Source of the DNA: Eledone cirrhosa
Lineage: Eukaryota
Length of the DNA: 64,000 nucleotides
Reading direction: 5' to 3'
NCBI GenBank assembly: GCA_964016885.1
Contig: OZ024747.1
Location: 21,824,001 to 21,888,000 of the forward strand
Both the position numbers and the translations under genes were made by a program. The notes beneath the pieces are model-generated. The model saw nothing but the letters and a program-made list of their open reading frames with translations. It was not told the origin of the DNA and did not search any database. Below, one piece after another: positions 14,715 through 28,984 of the stretch. Every line of letters starts with the position of its first letter. Position 1 is the first letter of the stretch.

Positions 14715-14952
14715 ATGGGATTGCTGTGCCGGTATTACAAGCAAAAATATCCTGAAGTGGATGATGTTGTGATGGTGAATGTGCGTTCCATTGCTGAAAT
14801 GGGGGCCTATGTACATTTATTAGAATATAATGACATTGAAGGAATGATACTGCTCAGTGAATTGTCTCGGAGACGTATCCGATCAATTAATAAACTTATC
14901 CGTGTTGGTCGAAGTGAATGTGTTGTTGTTATTCGAGTGGACAAAAACAAAG
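14715..14952 (+). CDS. EIF2S1: eIF2-alpha coding exon 1 (S1 domain, phospho-Ser motif)
   Basis: Acceptor ttctag ends 14702, ATG at 14715, MGLLCRYY...VDKNK, donor G|gtaag. Confidence 0.97.
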
Positions 14953-17900
14953 GTAAGATACTATCGTCATCATACGTTCATTTTTATGCAGACATGGATT
15001 TGACGGGTTGTCACAGTCTGACACTAGATGTGTTGGATTGTCTCGTCCTGCTTACACCAACTACTTTACTGGGCATGTAGTGTTTGTGGTACCACCACTG
15101 CCACTTTACAGAGTGTACTGGGTGTGTTTTTTCAAGCCACTACCATTGCCAGTTTATAGAGGGTACGGTCTGTATTTTTTCATGAAAATCAGCACTACCA
15201 CTTTACAGAGTGTATTGAGTGTGTTTTTTCGTGGCACCACCATTGCCACTTTACAGAGTGTACTGAGTGTGTTTTTTCGTGGCACCACCATTGCCACTTT
15301 ACAGAGTGTACTGAGTGTGTTTTTTCGTGGCACCACCATTGCCACTTTACAGAGTGTACTGAGTGTGTTTTTTCGTGGCACCACCATTGCCACTTTGCAG
15401 AGTGTACTAGATATGGGGGAGGGGGGGGGGGGGGGGGGGGGCAACACTAACCCTTTACAAGGTGTACTGGGTGCATTTTATTGTGGCATCATTACTATAG
15501 AGGTTGTTACATGTTCATCTAGACTGAAGGGTCCACTCAAACCCTATATTGTCTCCATTTGATTACCAACACTTGTTTCCGGTCACTATATATATATATA
15601 TATCATCATCATGGTTTAACATCTATTTTTCATGCTTGCATGGGTTAGATGGCTTGTCATGTTATGTGACTAGACAGGTCAGGTGACTATGTCTTGTTCA
15701 CACAATTCATTTGGCTTGGTTTTCTACGGCTGGATACCATTATAATGCCAACCACACTACAGTTTGTATGAAGAGCTTTTTTTCATGGCTCCAGCACTGC
15801 CATCTTACAGGGTAGATTGGCAGTTTTCTGTTATGACACGAGCACTGGGTGAGCAGGCTTTGTGTCATGGAGGTGACTTTGAAGAGAGTGAATTGTATTT
15901 TTGTATTTGGCAGTATATTATAGATCTTGTCAAGCTTTCCATGTATGCACAGGAATGTTAAAGAGAATAGGAAGTGAGCAAACATCGTTAAACATCTATT
16001 TTCCATCCCTACCTGGGTCTGATAGGCTGCCATACTTTGAGACTAGGCTAGACAAATGACCATATCTAGTTCATACATTCCATTTTAGCATGGACTTCGG
16101 CTAGATGCCCTTCCTAACACCATATAGTGGCTTATTCTTGGCTAGGAACTTCTTTTGTGGCTGTCTCACTAAAATGCGGGCATCTGTAGTACTTTTCCTA
16201 GGCATGAAATCGAACTACATCTCATCTTTCCCTAATTAGCTGTGCTATAACTGTTTCCTTCAATTTCGTAGGTTTTATTCCTCTATAGTTGCTCCTTTCT
16301 AGAACATCACCTTTACCATTGTAGCAATTTATGATTGTACTGCTGCACCAGTCATTGGGTATGACTCCATCCTGTATTAGCTGATTGACTATGTGGGTTA
16401 CTATTTTGACTCCTACTTCTCCTGGCGCTTTTAGCATCTCAGCCACTATCTCTGATGGCCCCACAGCTTTACCATTCTTCATCTCTTTAATTGCTTCTTT
16501 GACCCTATAAATGTTAACTTCAATAGTTGGTCCTTTTGCTGGGTAAGTTGGGAGTAGTCTCTCCTCCTCCCATTCATAAGTTAGGGGTAGTTTCTCTTCC
16601 TCCCATTCATTCTCTACATTCATCAGTCTGCCATAATAATATTTTCAGGCCTCTTTCTTTTGAGCATCAGTAGTGCTAAGTACACCAGAGTAATTTTTAA
16701 CACACTTTTCTCCAATTACATTTCCTCTAACACACTGGTGTGTAAACCTGCCATCTAGCTTCTCACTTTGCTACCTGGTACCCATCTCTGCTACCACCAT
16801 TTTTCCAGTCTTTCCACGCCTGTCTCTTTGCTTTAATGGCTCTACTCACTGTGCTGTTCCACCACCAGGTCACCCCCTGTCTCATCAGTGGTTTGCAAAA
16901 AGTTGTCCCACAAGAATTTCCAGTTGTCCCCTAATGTATGTGTCTAGCTCGTCACCTCATCAAATGCATCTTGTTGGGCCTTTCTAAACCTATATTTAAC
17001 CGAGAGGTCCTTTTGCTTCTAAACCCTTTATCTCCATATTTTCCTGCATATCTTGTTTTGTCTTTGTTTATTCTGATGTCACTAATAACTAACTTATGTT
17101 GGGCAGTATATTCTTCCTCAGGAAGGCCTTAGTATTTATTACAATCTGTTTATCTTGTCTTACAAGTAAGTAATCAATTTGGCTTGTGTGTTTGCCTGAT
17201 TGGTATGTGATGAGATGGTTAGGTTTCCTGAAATTTGTGTTGCAAATGGTTAGTTCATTTGCATCACAGTATTCCAGGAGCCTCACTCCCTCTTCATTTC
17301 TTGAACCATAACCATAGCTGCCTTGAACTCCACTCAATCTGTCCTGGTATTGTCCCACATGTCCATTGAGGTCACCTTCATCAGTACCTGAAGTTGTCTG
17401 TAAAAGTTCCTCATAGAACCTGTCTTTTGTTCTTTACTCAGTCCTGCTTATAGGTAGATAATTATTACCATTCTATTTCCTACAGCTATTCTAAGCTTGA
17501 TAATTTTGTTACATATTCTAATTACCCCTTTCACCTTATCTATCCATTTCTCAGCAAGCAGAAGGCCTACATTGCTTACCCTTTCATCATTTCCTGCCCA
17601 GTAAAGTTTGTATCAATGCTGTTTGCCTGTGAGTGGTCTCACTGAGGCATCCCTACATCTTGTATACAGCATATATCCACTTCTCTTCTCTCTAACAGTT
17701 CCATAATTTCACATGATTTACTTTTCAGGGTGCTAATATTGAGGGTGACAGTCCTGAGATTTGTAACTTGAAAGTTGGTTCCTTGAGTAGCAGCTCTTTG
17801 TACCTCAAAGGCAAAATGACTGTGCAATTGCTTGATCACGGTCAAGGGGTTCTTGCACATAGCTACTCTGGCCACCCCACTATCGTGCACAGCACTAACA

Positions 17901-20900
17901 TGACTAGTGTTAGCCCTGTATATGCAATTAGTGTTAAGCATTGTGCTTTTCATCACTTTTGGCAGGGTATTTTCTGGCTGGATGCCCTTCCTATCACTAA
18001 CCACTTTACAGTGTGGACTGGGTGCAATGTTCAAGCCACCAGCACCAGAGAGGTTGTCTGCTCACTCTATATTAGTTTTTATTCAGGGTGTCTACTCTTC
18101 ACTACAGCTTACGGTGTCCATGTCTTCCCTGTGCAGTCGTTTTTATTCATAGTCACTGCCCTCCTAGATGGATTGCCTTCACTATGGTTTATGGGTTTCA
18201 CATCTGCATTATGCAGTTGTTTTTATTCGGACTCACTATCCACCTAGATGGGTTGCCTTTACTTCAGGTTGAGGAATCCACATCTGTCCCATGCAGTCGT
18301 TTTTATTCAGAGTCACTGCCCTCCTAGATGGGTTGCCTACACTACAGCTTATGGAGTCTACTTCTACCTCATACAGTCATTTTTAATTCGTAGTCACTGC
18401 TCTCTGAGATGGGTTGCCTTCACTATAGCTTATGGAACCAGATCTGCCTCGTGGAGTCATTACCCTCCTAGACAGGCTGACTTCCAACTCAAAATTCTTA
18501 ATCCCTTGTTTGCCTTTCTAAGCATTGTTACAGTTCGTAGAGTAGTAGATCAACATTTATCATGTGACATTAGACCTGTGAGAGAGTATGTCTGAGAAGC
18601 AACTGACCCGAAGGTGGAGGATAAAGGGTGGGCAGGTGGTTTATGGTGATCACATCGCTAGTGTAGCACTTTTTTTAAAGGCAATAGGATATAAGATATA
18701 TTGAAGACATTTACAAAGAAAAAAATGTAATATAGTGTATGATTGTTATATCTTAAGTTATTTGTAAAGACCATCAGATGCCGATCAAGTTTAAGTTGTT
18801 ATTCTTACAAAGCCAAATAAGAAGTATCAATCGTCACAACACTGTATTGATCATCATAACACTATCAGTCATCATAATTCTGTATTCATCCTCATAATGC
18901 CTGAAAGTGTCATGGAATATTTGTTAAACTTACTAATGCTGTTGTTTTATTCTAAAACGATTTACGACTTTTAAAATATTTTAAAGGTGTAGTCTATTGC
19001 TCCTAAATGTTTACTTTAAAATTTCAGGTTACATTGATTTGTCTAAAAGAAGAGTCTCCCCTGAAGAAGTAGAAAAATGTGAAGAGAAATATGCTAAAGC
19101 TAAAACTGTAAGTATTATAAACTCAGATTGTTTTTGTCTTGTCGCCTTTTATATCAGTCACGGGCAAACTGTGGTCTGTTTGTCTTTCTGAATGGCATGC
19201 CTAACTATAAATTACCTTGAATTTCTTTTTAGTAGCACAGCCCACCTCATGATGATCTACATCTCATGTGGTTCAATGCTTGAAAACAGCTTCCCTTACT
19301 TGATTTATATAATGGGCATGTTTTTTTTAAAACTAAATATTTAGTTCAGAGCAAAGGTTCTCAACGGGGGGGGCATATGCACCCGGGGGGGGGGGGGGTC
19401 GTTTGGGAGCAATGTCGCGTTGGGGGGGGGGGGGGGGGGGGCTGGAAGACACTTTACTTTGGTAAGTTTTATAGGCCATATTTGTATGTCTTTGAGACAG
19501 CCAGTGTGAATGCATTTGAATGAGCTTGCAGACAGCATAACTATAGTCTGACCGCAGGTGTGCAGGCGTGTCTAGAAATTTACCGGTAATTGAGATCCTA
19601 AAAATGAAAAAAACCCACTTTTATCTGGGTCAAAGACACTTTGAGCGCAGCCAGTTAGAATTTTATCTTTCCTTCACCGATAACAATGTATTTCAATCTG
19701 AAATTATTGACTCAACCGTAACGAGTTAACACTATGTAGATCTATTTTATTCCCTATTGTATAAATATTATTACAAATGAAAAAAAAAATAAAAACACAG
19801 AAGCGGGTAGTACACACATCAAGGACCACATACAACACATAAGCAGGTAATACACGCATCTAAGACCACATACAACACATAAGCAGGTAATACACACATC
19901 AAGGACCACATACAACACATAAGCAGGTAATACACACATCAAGGACCACATACAACACATAAGCAGGTAATATACGCATCTAAGACCACATACAACACAT
20001 AAGCAGGTAATACACATATCTAGGACCACATACAACACATAAGGAGGTAGCACACACACATCTAGGACCACATAAAACACATAAGCAGGTAATACACACA
20101 TCTTAGACCACATACAACACATAAGCAGGTAATGCACGCATCTAAGACCACATACAACACATAAGGAGGTAATACACACATCTAGGACCACATGCAACAC
20201 ATAAGGGGGTAGCACACACACACACATCTAGGACCACATAAAACACACAGGCAGGTAATATATACATCTAGGACCACATACAACACATAATCAGGTAATA
20301 CAAACATCTAGGACCACATACAACACATAATCAGGTAATACAAACACCTAGGACCACATACAACACATAATCAGGTAATACAAACATCTAGGACCACATA
20401 CAACACAATCAGGTAATACATACATCTAGGACCACATACAACACATAAGGAGGTAATACATACAGCTGGGACCACATGCAATACATAAGCAGATGATACA
20501 TACATCTAGGACTACATACAACACACAGGCAGGTAATACATACATCTAGGACCACATACAACACACATTGTATCATGTGCTACGGACGACGCAAGAGCAA
20601 TGGTCGGCCAACATAAGGGCTTCGTCAATCTTCTGAAGAGAGAAAATCTATCTGTATTTGCTGTTCATTGTGTCATTCATCGACAACACTTGGCTGCAAA
20701 GAAATTCAGCAAGCCTCTGAGCAAGTCCTTGCAGGTGGCCATTGATGTCATCAATTTTATCAAACGGCATTCCCTCAATGAACGAATTTTCCAGCAACTG
20801 TGCCAAGATAATGACGAAGAATTCGTCAAGTTGCTCCTTCATACTGAAGTGAGGTGGCTTTCAAAGGGCAAGTGCTTTACTCACTTCTTTGAACTCTTTG

Positions 20901-23900
20901 ACTCTATCATTGAGTTTCTGCGAGGACGTAACCCAGAACTGTACAAGAAAACCTTCGATGTGAGGCAAGACTGCGCCTACCTCACCGACATCTTCGACAA
21001 ATGCAATAGCGTCATTTTGGCTTTGCAGGGGAAGAAGATCACCTTGCTTAAAGCAAGGAATGCTGTGAAAACATTCCTGGCCAAATTGAATGTCATCGAA
21101 AGGAATCTTTGTTGACGGGAATTCTATAATTTTCCTAGTGTCGCCAATGTTCAAACATTGTAAGCGATGACCAACTCCAAATTTATACCACTCACCTCCG
21201 AGCGCTACAAGACAACATGAGAGAACGGTTTGTCGACCTTTTGCCAATGGACATCCCAATGTGGGTAGCAGATGCTTTCATAGCTAACATCGACGATTTG
21301 GACGTTATATTTCAGGCAGAATTAATTGAACTTCAAGCAGATGACATGATCAAAATTAGATTTCCCCAAATAGGTGAACCCCTTTTTGGGATGCAAGAGG
21401 AAATTCAGCGTTGATTTCCACACCTACATGCAGAGGCTAAGAGATTTGCTTTGCCTTTTCCAAGCTCATACTTAGTTGAGAGGAGGTTTGGTGTTGTTTC
21501 CAGACTGCACAGTAAGGCTCGCAACCGCTACAATGTAATTACACGTGGAGATCTCTGGCTACATCTTAGGAAAATTCAGCCTCACGTCAAAGAGTTATCT
21601 AGACTCCATGAAGCTCAAGGGTCCCATTGAAATGAGTCAAAGTTAAAATAAGTTGATTTATCCGAAAACTTGGATATGCTATTGTTACAAAGCAAACTAA
21701 CAATTTTTTTATTTGTAGTTGCAGTCTGACTGGACTGGAAACCATCTACTACAATTCAATTACTCATTTGTTGTATATATTTTACCATTTATTAATAAAT
21801 ATACCCTCCCGCGTGGTCATGAAAAGCCTCTTCCGTGGTCTCTAAGCTCACAAAGCAGGGGGACATCAAGTTTGATATCAACATTTATTCTGTCCGTTTC
21901 ATTAAAGGGAAAATTGGAAAGCTTGAAATGATATAATTGCCACTTTCTTCCAGATAAGCGCACTCTTTGGATAGACAGAGTTGCTCTTGTATAAATGTTC
22001 AAAATAGCTGGTATCACCTGGCGGGGGGTTCGTGATTTCAAGGGACAAAAGGGGGTGTTTGGCCTAAATGGGTTGAGAACCTATGGTTTAGAGCTTAACA
22101 CAGATTTTGTATGTAGTATTACTCTTTTTACATGTGATATATAAAAGAATGCTATATTGGCACTCATTTCATATGATACAATACATATAGACAGTGGAGC
22201 ATGATTTAAGAGAAATTTGGCTGCCATTTCCTGCAGGTTGAGAAACTACATAGAGGCCCTCTCAGCTTATCTTAACTTTCTATTGTTGTGTCAATTTGTC
22301 AGAATTAGAGATTTGGATTAAATACTTCAGTATTTGTTTTGGTTCTGTGTGCTCTGAGTACAAATCTCACCGTGGTCTAGCATAGAAAAATTAACATGAA
22401 AATATCAGCCATAATGACAATTACTTTATATATTATTTTTCATCCTAGGTTAACAGTATTTTGAGACATGTTGGAGAACTTTTAGGCTATACTGTTGATG
22501 AACAATTAGTAGAACTATACCAAAAGACTGCTTGGTACTTTGATGAGAAACTAAATAAGCCCGGAGCCTCTTACGATGTCTTTAAGCATGCTGTCACGTA
22601 AGTTATGTTTATTTTATTTCAGATTTTTGTCAAGAGAGGTAGCCTTGATGATATAACTTCTTACACACACCTTAATATATATGTATGTATAATTATGCAT
22701 GTATGGGCCCATAACTTCTAATAGAGTTGTAGGGGTGCTGTCATGATTTACAGCATATCTTGGGCATTTTAAACCTGGTGGAATCCATATTCTCTCCAAG
22801 ACTGAATACAGAGGATTTTTTCCAAAGAAGGTGAGAGTGAGGAATTGAAAAGGAAGTATAGAGGAGAATTGACCCCAGTACTTGACTAATATAAATATAT
22901 TTATCACCCCTAAACAATGAAAGGCAAAGTTGACCTCAGCAGGAGTTGAACTTGGAGATTCAGAACAAATACCGTAAAGCATTCTATTTGATGGTCTAAC
23001 AATTCTGCCAATTCGTCACCCTATTAACATTTAAAATGTTGGTTAATCTGCCCACAAAGCTAAGCTCAATTCCACAATTTTAGGTTTACCCAGAGTTAAC
23101 TCAGGACTATTCAGTGATGCATCTCCTTCACCAAAGAGTGTTCTGTGCATTATGTAAAAGATGCTAAGTGGGAAGATCTGTGTGTTTCCCTGCTAGCATC
23201 TTTTACATAATACTTGCTTTCTACATGCGCACATACACCCATATTGTACCATCCCCCCTCTACTAATTAATATCATTTAATTTCCTTTTTAACAAAAAAA
23301 ACTGGGGATTGTGGGTGGTGGGACGTTATTGAATTTGGTTGTTATTTCTAGCAGCTTAAGCCTTCTTGTAGAGCCTTCCCTTTCAGACATGTTGGGGGTT
23401 GTGTTGTTTAGATTCATGTCATCCATGATTGAGCAAGTCGGAGATTTAAAGTTGCAACCATGCCATCTTTTTTTTCCAGATAATATATTTAGGACTACAT
23501 TATCTAATGTGTTACTTTTTTTAAGTTGGTAGGGTAAATTTGAGGGAGATTTGGCTGCTATTACTAGCAGGATGAGCATGTACAAAACTATCATCTCTTT
23601 AGATATGTTGCTTCGATATTTTATTACTGGGTTCTGTAGCTCTTATAACACGTGTTCAATTTTTCTGAAAATAGTTATTTGAAATTCTTGTTACAGGACC
23701 CCTGGTATTTTGGACGAATGTGACATTGAAGAAGAAACCAAGCGAGTTCTTATTGAGAATATTCAACGTCGACTGACCCCACAAGCTGTGAAAATACGAG
23801 CTGGTAATCTTTGTTATTTGTTGCTTTTGATGCTGCTGATCTCAGCTTTGTAGATGGATAGCATTAGATGAACTGAGAAGGCTGTAAAAGACCTTGTTAA

Positions 23901-26338
23901 CATATCTTAACCCTTTTGGTACCAAACTGATGTTAGTTATATTTATTAAACTGCTTGAAACCAACTTTGGTTCTATGTTACAAGACTGTTTTTTTAAAGT
24001 GTTTGTATGTATATATGGACCCGTAACTCCTGATAAAATTGTAGGGCCACTGTTGTGACATAGTCATGTGTCTTAGGCACTTTAAGCTTAGCAGGCCCAT
24101 CCCTTTCCAGGTCAGAACACAGCCAATTTCTTCCTGAGAGAGGGAGAATGATACAGGAAGAATTGACCCCCAGTTCCAGATTAGTACTTTTTTTATAGAC
24201 CTCGAAAGGATGAAAGACGAAGTTGACTTTAGCGCAGAGAGCAGAAACAAATTCTGTAAAGCATTCTACTTAATATTCTAACGTCTTTGCTAATTCACCA
24301 ACTTTCATCATAATTTTATGTAAGAACATTTAAGTTATGTTATAAACACTAGCTTAATAATGAAAAAAGCTAGTTATATTACTTTCAAAATTATTTGAAA
24401 ATCATAGGTAGTGTTTCTAAGAAGAAATATGGTAACAAAAGGGTAAATATTTTTATTTTTCTAATTATTGGTGTTTCTAAATTTTCCTCTTCAATATTTC
24501 CATAGATATTGAAGTTGCCTGCTACAAATATGAAGGAGTAGATGCTGTCAAAGCTGCCCTCAACAAAGGACTGGAACTATCAACAGAAGATATGCCAATC
24601 AAAGTAAGTTATATTTTCTTCCACACAATTTCCACATGCACTCAAATTATGATTCATTATAATCATCATCATTATGTCAATTTCTCCATGCCGGCAAGGG
24701 TTGAACGTGTTTTTTGAGGCAGCCAGCTGCCCTTCCTGACACCAACCTTTTTAGCTACTTCTTTTGACATGGGGATTATAGGTTTTAATTTCTAATTGTA
24801 ATCTTGAGGATAAAACCTCTTTGAGTATATTTAAGACTAGGAGTAGGAAGCTGTCATTCCCTGACGTTATCTCTAGGGATACGGGAATCAGGCGATGGGG
24901 GTCAGGGAATTCTGGGGCATGAGAGTGAGATCCATCATCTCGACAGTAGTCGACGAATGAATGATATTTAAGAAAGTATTTAAATTAATTAATTTATTAT
25001 TATTAGCAATAGTAAGTGGATTGGCTGTACTGGTCAAGTGTCGGACACTATACTTTGTAGCATAGTTACATTCTGAGTTTATTCTATCAACCCCTGTAAG
25101 GCAAAGCTTAAAGTACCAGTAATGCACCGGGGACGATTTATTCGACTTTCCCCTCCTCCAAAATTGTTGGTCTTGTGCCTAAATCAGAAACAATTATTAG
25201 AAATAGCAACCAAATTTCCCTCAAATCACCCCCTGTTGTCTTAAAAATAGTTCACATTAGATGATGTGGTCTAAATATACAATCTCTGAAAAGTAAAGTT
25301 GCAATAGTTACAACTGAAAAACCTTTGCTACAGTCTACTTATCTAGGACTAAGCTGTCTTTACCTGTTATTGCTCCAGAGCAATGAAGGTAAAATCTGAA
25401 CATTGTGCATGCTGAGATCAAATTACTGTAAACAATTTATCTAATATTCTACCATATCTTGCAAACTCTTTGGTTCAATATCAAAATGAGCAAGTTCGGA
25501 ATAAATATTTTCATTTTACTCATAAAATGGTTTTATATGTTAAATTCTATGCATCATGTGACATTTTTTTGCAAATATTCAAAAAGAAATATTTTCAAAG
25601 AACTTTTTTCAGCTCTTTTATTCTCTCCCCATAAATTGCTTCATTAAAAGAAATCCATGTCTGTGTTTAATTATTTGTAGATCAACCTAATTGCTCCACC
25701 TCTTTATGTAATGACAACCCAGACTTTAGAGAAAGCTGATGGTTTGCGTGCTCTCACAAATGCCACTAATGTTGTGAAGCAGGCTATTGAAAATATGGGA
25801 GGCATGTTTAACATGCAGATGCCTGTAAGTTGGAACATTTTATTTTAAGTTTTCACAAATATTTACTTGAATTTATAAAAATACATAATCATATATACCT
25901 TCATATATATATATCGTATGAATCACACTATGTTAGTGCTACAGCTAATTCTTGCCAGTCAGGATAAGCAAATAAGCATCTCCAGTTGATGTTTCATTTG
26001 CAAAAAATGTATATAAGCTGTAGCTTATTCTTGTTTCAGTACCAATTATAAGAATTTGCAGTATTAGAGTAAAGACTTCAAAAATGTTATTGCAATGCAG
26101 TCATTGTGCTGTTTTAAAATTTTTACAAATGTGTTGCTAATGTAGTTTCATGTGGTACAGGACATTAAGAGTTAAAGTATTTCTTTATTTTTAATTCCAG
26201 CCTAAAGTTGTATCAGATACCGATGAACTTGAGCTGGCTAAACACTTGGAGCGTTTGGAGGAACAGAACCAGCTGGTATCTGGAGATGATGATTCTGATG
26301 AATGTGATGTTAGTGGAGACGAGATTACAAAAGAATAA
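14715..26338 (+). CDS. EIF2S1: Eukaryotic translation initiation factor 2 subunit alpha, 7 coding exons, 317 aa
   Basis: Exons 14715-14952, 19028-19107, 22449-22597, 23697-23803, 24506-24603, 25681-25824, 26201-26338 join in frame (954 nt) with GT-AG introns; includes [12 protein letters not shown], the Ser51 motif [28 protein letters not shown] and [10 protein letters not shown]. Confidence 0.98.
15199..15410. repeat. 48-bp tandem repeat, about 4.5 units
   Basis: CCACTTTACAGAGTGTACTGAGTGTGTTTTTTCGTGGCACCACCATTG. Confidence 0.95.
16160..18040 (-). mobile_element. Decayed RTE-clade LINE (AP endonuclease to start of RT) in eIF2-alpha intron 1
   Basis: [29 protein letters not shown]; [37 protein letters not shown]; [28 protein letters not shown]. 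Confidence 0.9.
18075..18470. repeat. About 80-bp degenerate tandem repeat at the RTE 5' end
   Basis: Recurring GCAGTCGTTTTTATTC..AGTCACTGCCCTCCTAGATGGGTTGCCT. Confidence 0.8.
19028..19107 (+). CDS. EIF2S1: eIF2-alpha coding exon 2
   Basis: tttcag|[27 protein letters not shown]|gtaagt. Confidence 0.97.
19352..22085 (+). mobile_element. Second copy of the hAT element, in eIF2-alpha intron 2
   Basis: Same TIRs, TSD GTTCAGAG/GTTTAGAG, homologous transposase remnant 20570-21630. Confidence 0.95.
19801..20568. repeat. 40-bp minisatellite (about 19 units) inside the hAT copy
   Basis: Unit AAGCAGGTAATACACACATCTAGGACCACATACAACACAT; only about 3 units in the other copy (8135-8257). Confidence 0.95.
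22449..22597 (+). CDS. EIF2S1: eIF2-alpha coding exon 3
   Basis: cctag|[34 protein letters not shown]...FKHAV|gtaagt. Confidence 0.96.
23697..23803 (+). CDS. EIF2S1: eIF2-alpha coding exon 4
   Basis: ttacag|[35 protein letters not shown]|gtaat. Confidence 0.96.
24506..24603 (+). CDS. EIF2S1: eIF2-alpha coding exon 5
   Basis: catag|[33 protein letters not shown]|gtaagt. Confidence 0.96.
25681..25824 (+). CDS. EIF2S1: eIF2-alpha coding exon 6
   Basis: ttgtag|[21 protein letters not shown]...FNMQMP|gtaagt. Confidence 0.96.
26201..26338 (+). CDS. EIF2S1: eIF2-alpha last coding exon
   Basis: ttccag|[48 protein letters not shown]. Confidence 0.96.
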   Translation, partial: PKVVSDTDELELAKHLERLEEQNQLVSGDDDSDECDVSGDEITKE

Positions 26339-28928
26339 ACAAAACAAAAATACAAAACAATTCATTTGGACAATATCTTGACTGAGTTGTTTACAATCAT
26401 GGACATAGACTGTCTTGTATATGATCCAAGTCAAATAAAAAGCTGGAAATTTATCAAAACCTTTAATTGCAAAAATTTGCATAATTTTTTTCTTCTTCTA
26501 TCTGGTTTGCTGAATGAAGGAAAACTTTAGATCCATTTGTTTTAAACATTGTAGTTCTTCCAGTCTTCTGATATTTATATTTTGTTACTCCTACATTTGT
26601 CATTCTCTTCACACCTCAACTTCTTGCTGTCTTTAATATATCTTCCATCTTTCTCAACTATCTCCTCTGCCTGTCCAAGAACAGGATTGCTTTCTGTTGC
26701 TGTCCCATTCAAAAATCTCTTCCACCTTTCCTTAATCCCAACCAATTTATCCTTCAAGCATATCTCTCTTGGTAACTGCCCTGAAATCGTAAGCATCTCT
26801 GTATACACTAGTGTATGATGGATTACTGTTCAGTTTTTTCCAACCAAATTTCACTCACAAAGTATTGGTCAACTAGAGGTTTTGGTAGAAGACACTTGAT
26901 CTCGGTACTTGCATTATGGGTTTAAATCTGGAAACATAATTGGGGAGAAAACTTAACCACACAGTCAAGTCTTTTTGTTGTTTGTTTAGACAAACATTTC
27001 TGTAATTATGGCAAGACTTGATTTTGTAAATATTCGGACAGATAGAATACTTAAGATAGTATTTGTCCATTTCTTGAGCCCAAATTCCACAAATGTCAAC
27101 TTTGCCTTTCATCTTTTCAGGGTCAATAAATAAAATACCAGTACAGTACTGGGGGTCGATTGTTTTTTCTCTCTGGAAGAAACCGGTTGTAATTAGACGT
27201 GGAGAGGTACAGTCTCTGCCAGGTTTCACCCTTTAGCATTTACATTACTCTATATTTACTATATTTTCATGATAAAGGCTTTACCTCACATATCTAAACC
27301 CATGCTAGCGTGGAAGATAGACGTTAAATGATGATGATTGAATCTAATAGAACAATACCTTAACATCAGTATGTGCAGCTGGTTTGAGCAGAAAGAGGTG
27401 AGAGCAGTCTGGCCCTAGACAGGTCATATGTCACAATTCCATCAGTAGTTGAGGGCCCATGGAAAGATGGGTTATATTTATTAAGCATCCAGTTGTATTT
27501 CAACATTGTCTGCCATAGCTCTACGTTTTCATGGACCATATGTTATTAACAGGAAGTTTTTACACATGTTTTAAATGAACAATACATGCAGGTAAATAGT
27601 TATAAAATGTAAAACTCTTCAGTAGATTCTGGAAATTGGAATTTAAAAAAAATGTTTTCTGTAATAAAGTACTATTTCTTATATGCAAAATAATAAAAAA
27701 TGTATATACAATGGTATTTTAGATTCCAGGAGGATTTGATAATGATTAATGTTGCAAATGTAAATTTATTTTAAAATATTTTACAGTCATCAGTTTTGAA
27801 ATTTATTTTTAGATCAAAATGTTTCCATTTTTTGGTATTTTTAAAATGAAAGAAAAATGTCACAGAGTTCCTGTATTTGATATAATTCTTTGACAACTAA
27901 ATAGAGTAGAGTATTGAAATTTAATGCAGCATTTTAATTTGTTAACCAAGCTGGAATTTCTTCTAGCTGACTCAAAACAAAATGAAAACATCAAAAGCTT
28001 TTCGCTAAAGAAAACATTTTAATTAAAAAAATTTTTTTATTTCTCTTAAAATATTAAATTATACTAAATGAGAGAAAATAAATGAATTTAACATACTGTT
28101 TGATGTACACACTGCATTTTGAAAGAAGAGTTGCAATGAAACTGAGCAATGAAAACCCCCTGCTGTTTATGTACCCCTTATAATTCCATACACATATTCA
28201 CTCACTTGGAAGGCAAGTGAATTCCTTCTTTCCTCTTATCACCACAACTACTGTTGCTATAATTACAAAACAGGCACCTGGGATTTGAAACTAAAATTTA
28301 TTCTACTAATTTGAGTTTTATTTTACTCAAAATTAAAAAATTTATTATTGTGCAAAATAAATTTTATTGAGCAACACCTTGATAAAGGAAAGGTAAAAAT
28401 TATTGGTATGAATCTTCAGAAAATTTTTGTTTTTATATCTTATTAAGTAAATCCAATCCAATCTTGAACGAAGAAAAAAGAAAAATACTAATGCTTATAT
28501 ATTCTAGCAAGTTCCTGGAATGTTTTATTTTAGAAAACTAAGATAAGACATGTCCATTTTTGATTGGAATGTTAATATTTTTGTCTTCATATGAAGAATC
28601 TGTTTTCTGATTTTAAAATGTTAGCTTTAGATGCTAAGGTGAAAAACCGGAATGATATGTACAGTTGACTACTTAATCAACTAACTAATTTCAAGAGGAA
28701 ACAAAATGCTCGACAGTGTAAAGCTTCAAAATTTCTTTGTATATACAACTTGATTCTCAAATTTCACTGAAATTAGTATTGTCTTAGTTAAATATATAAT
28801 TTAACATAAAATGTCTAAAATATTACACCATGTTTCTTTTCTTAACCCCATTTTGAAACGAGCGAATTCTGTTTCCCTTATATATATATATTTTTTTGCT
28901 CCCATATATAACATCAAAATATCTTCAA

Positions 28929-28967
<39 letters not shown>

Positions 28968-28984
28968 CAAAGCACATTCAACTT

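Noticed and set aside
15008-15562. 184-aa repeat protein ORF
   Set aside because: Intronic 48-bp tandem repeat with no coding signature
19801-20568. CRISPR-like array
   Set aside because: Contiguous 40-bp units without unique spacers, inside a eukaryotic hAT element; no cas genes
22598-26200. Intronic snoRNAs in eIF2-alpha
   Set aside because: No convincing C/D box pair with terminal stem, or H/ACA structure, seen by eye; snoscan or Infernal would be needed
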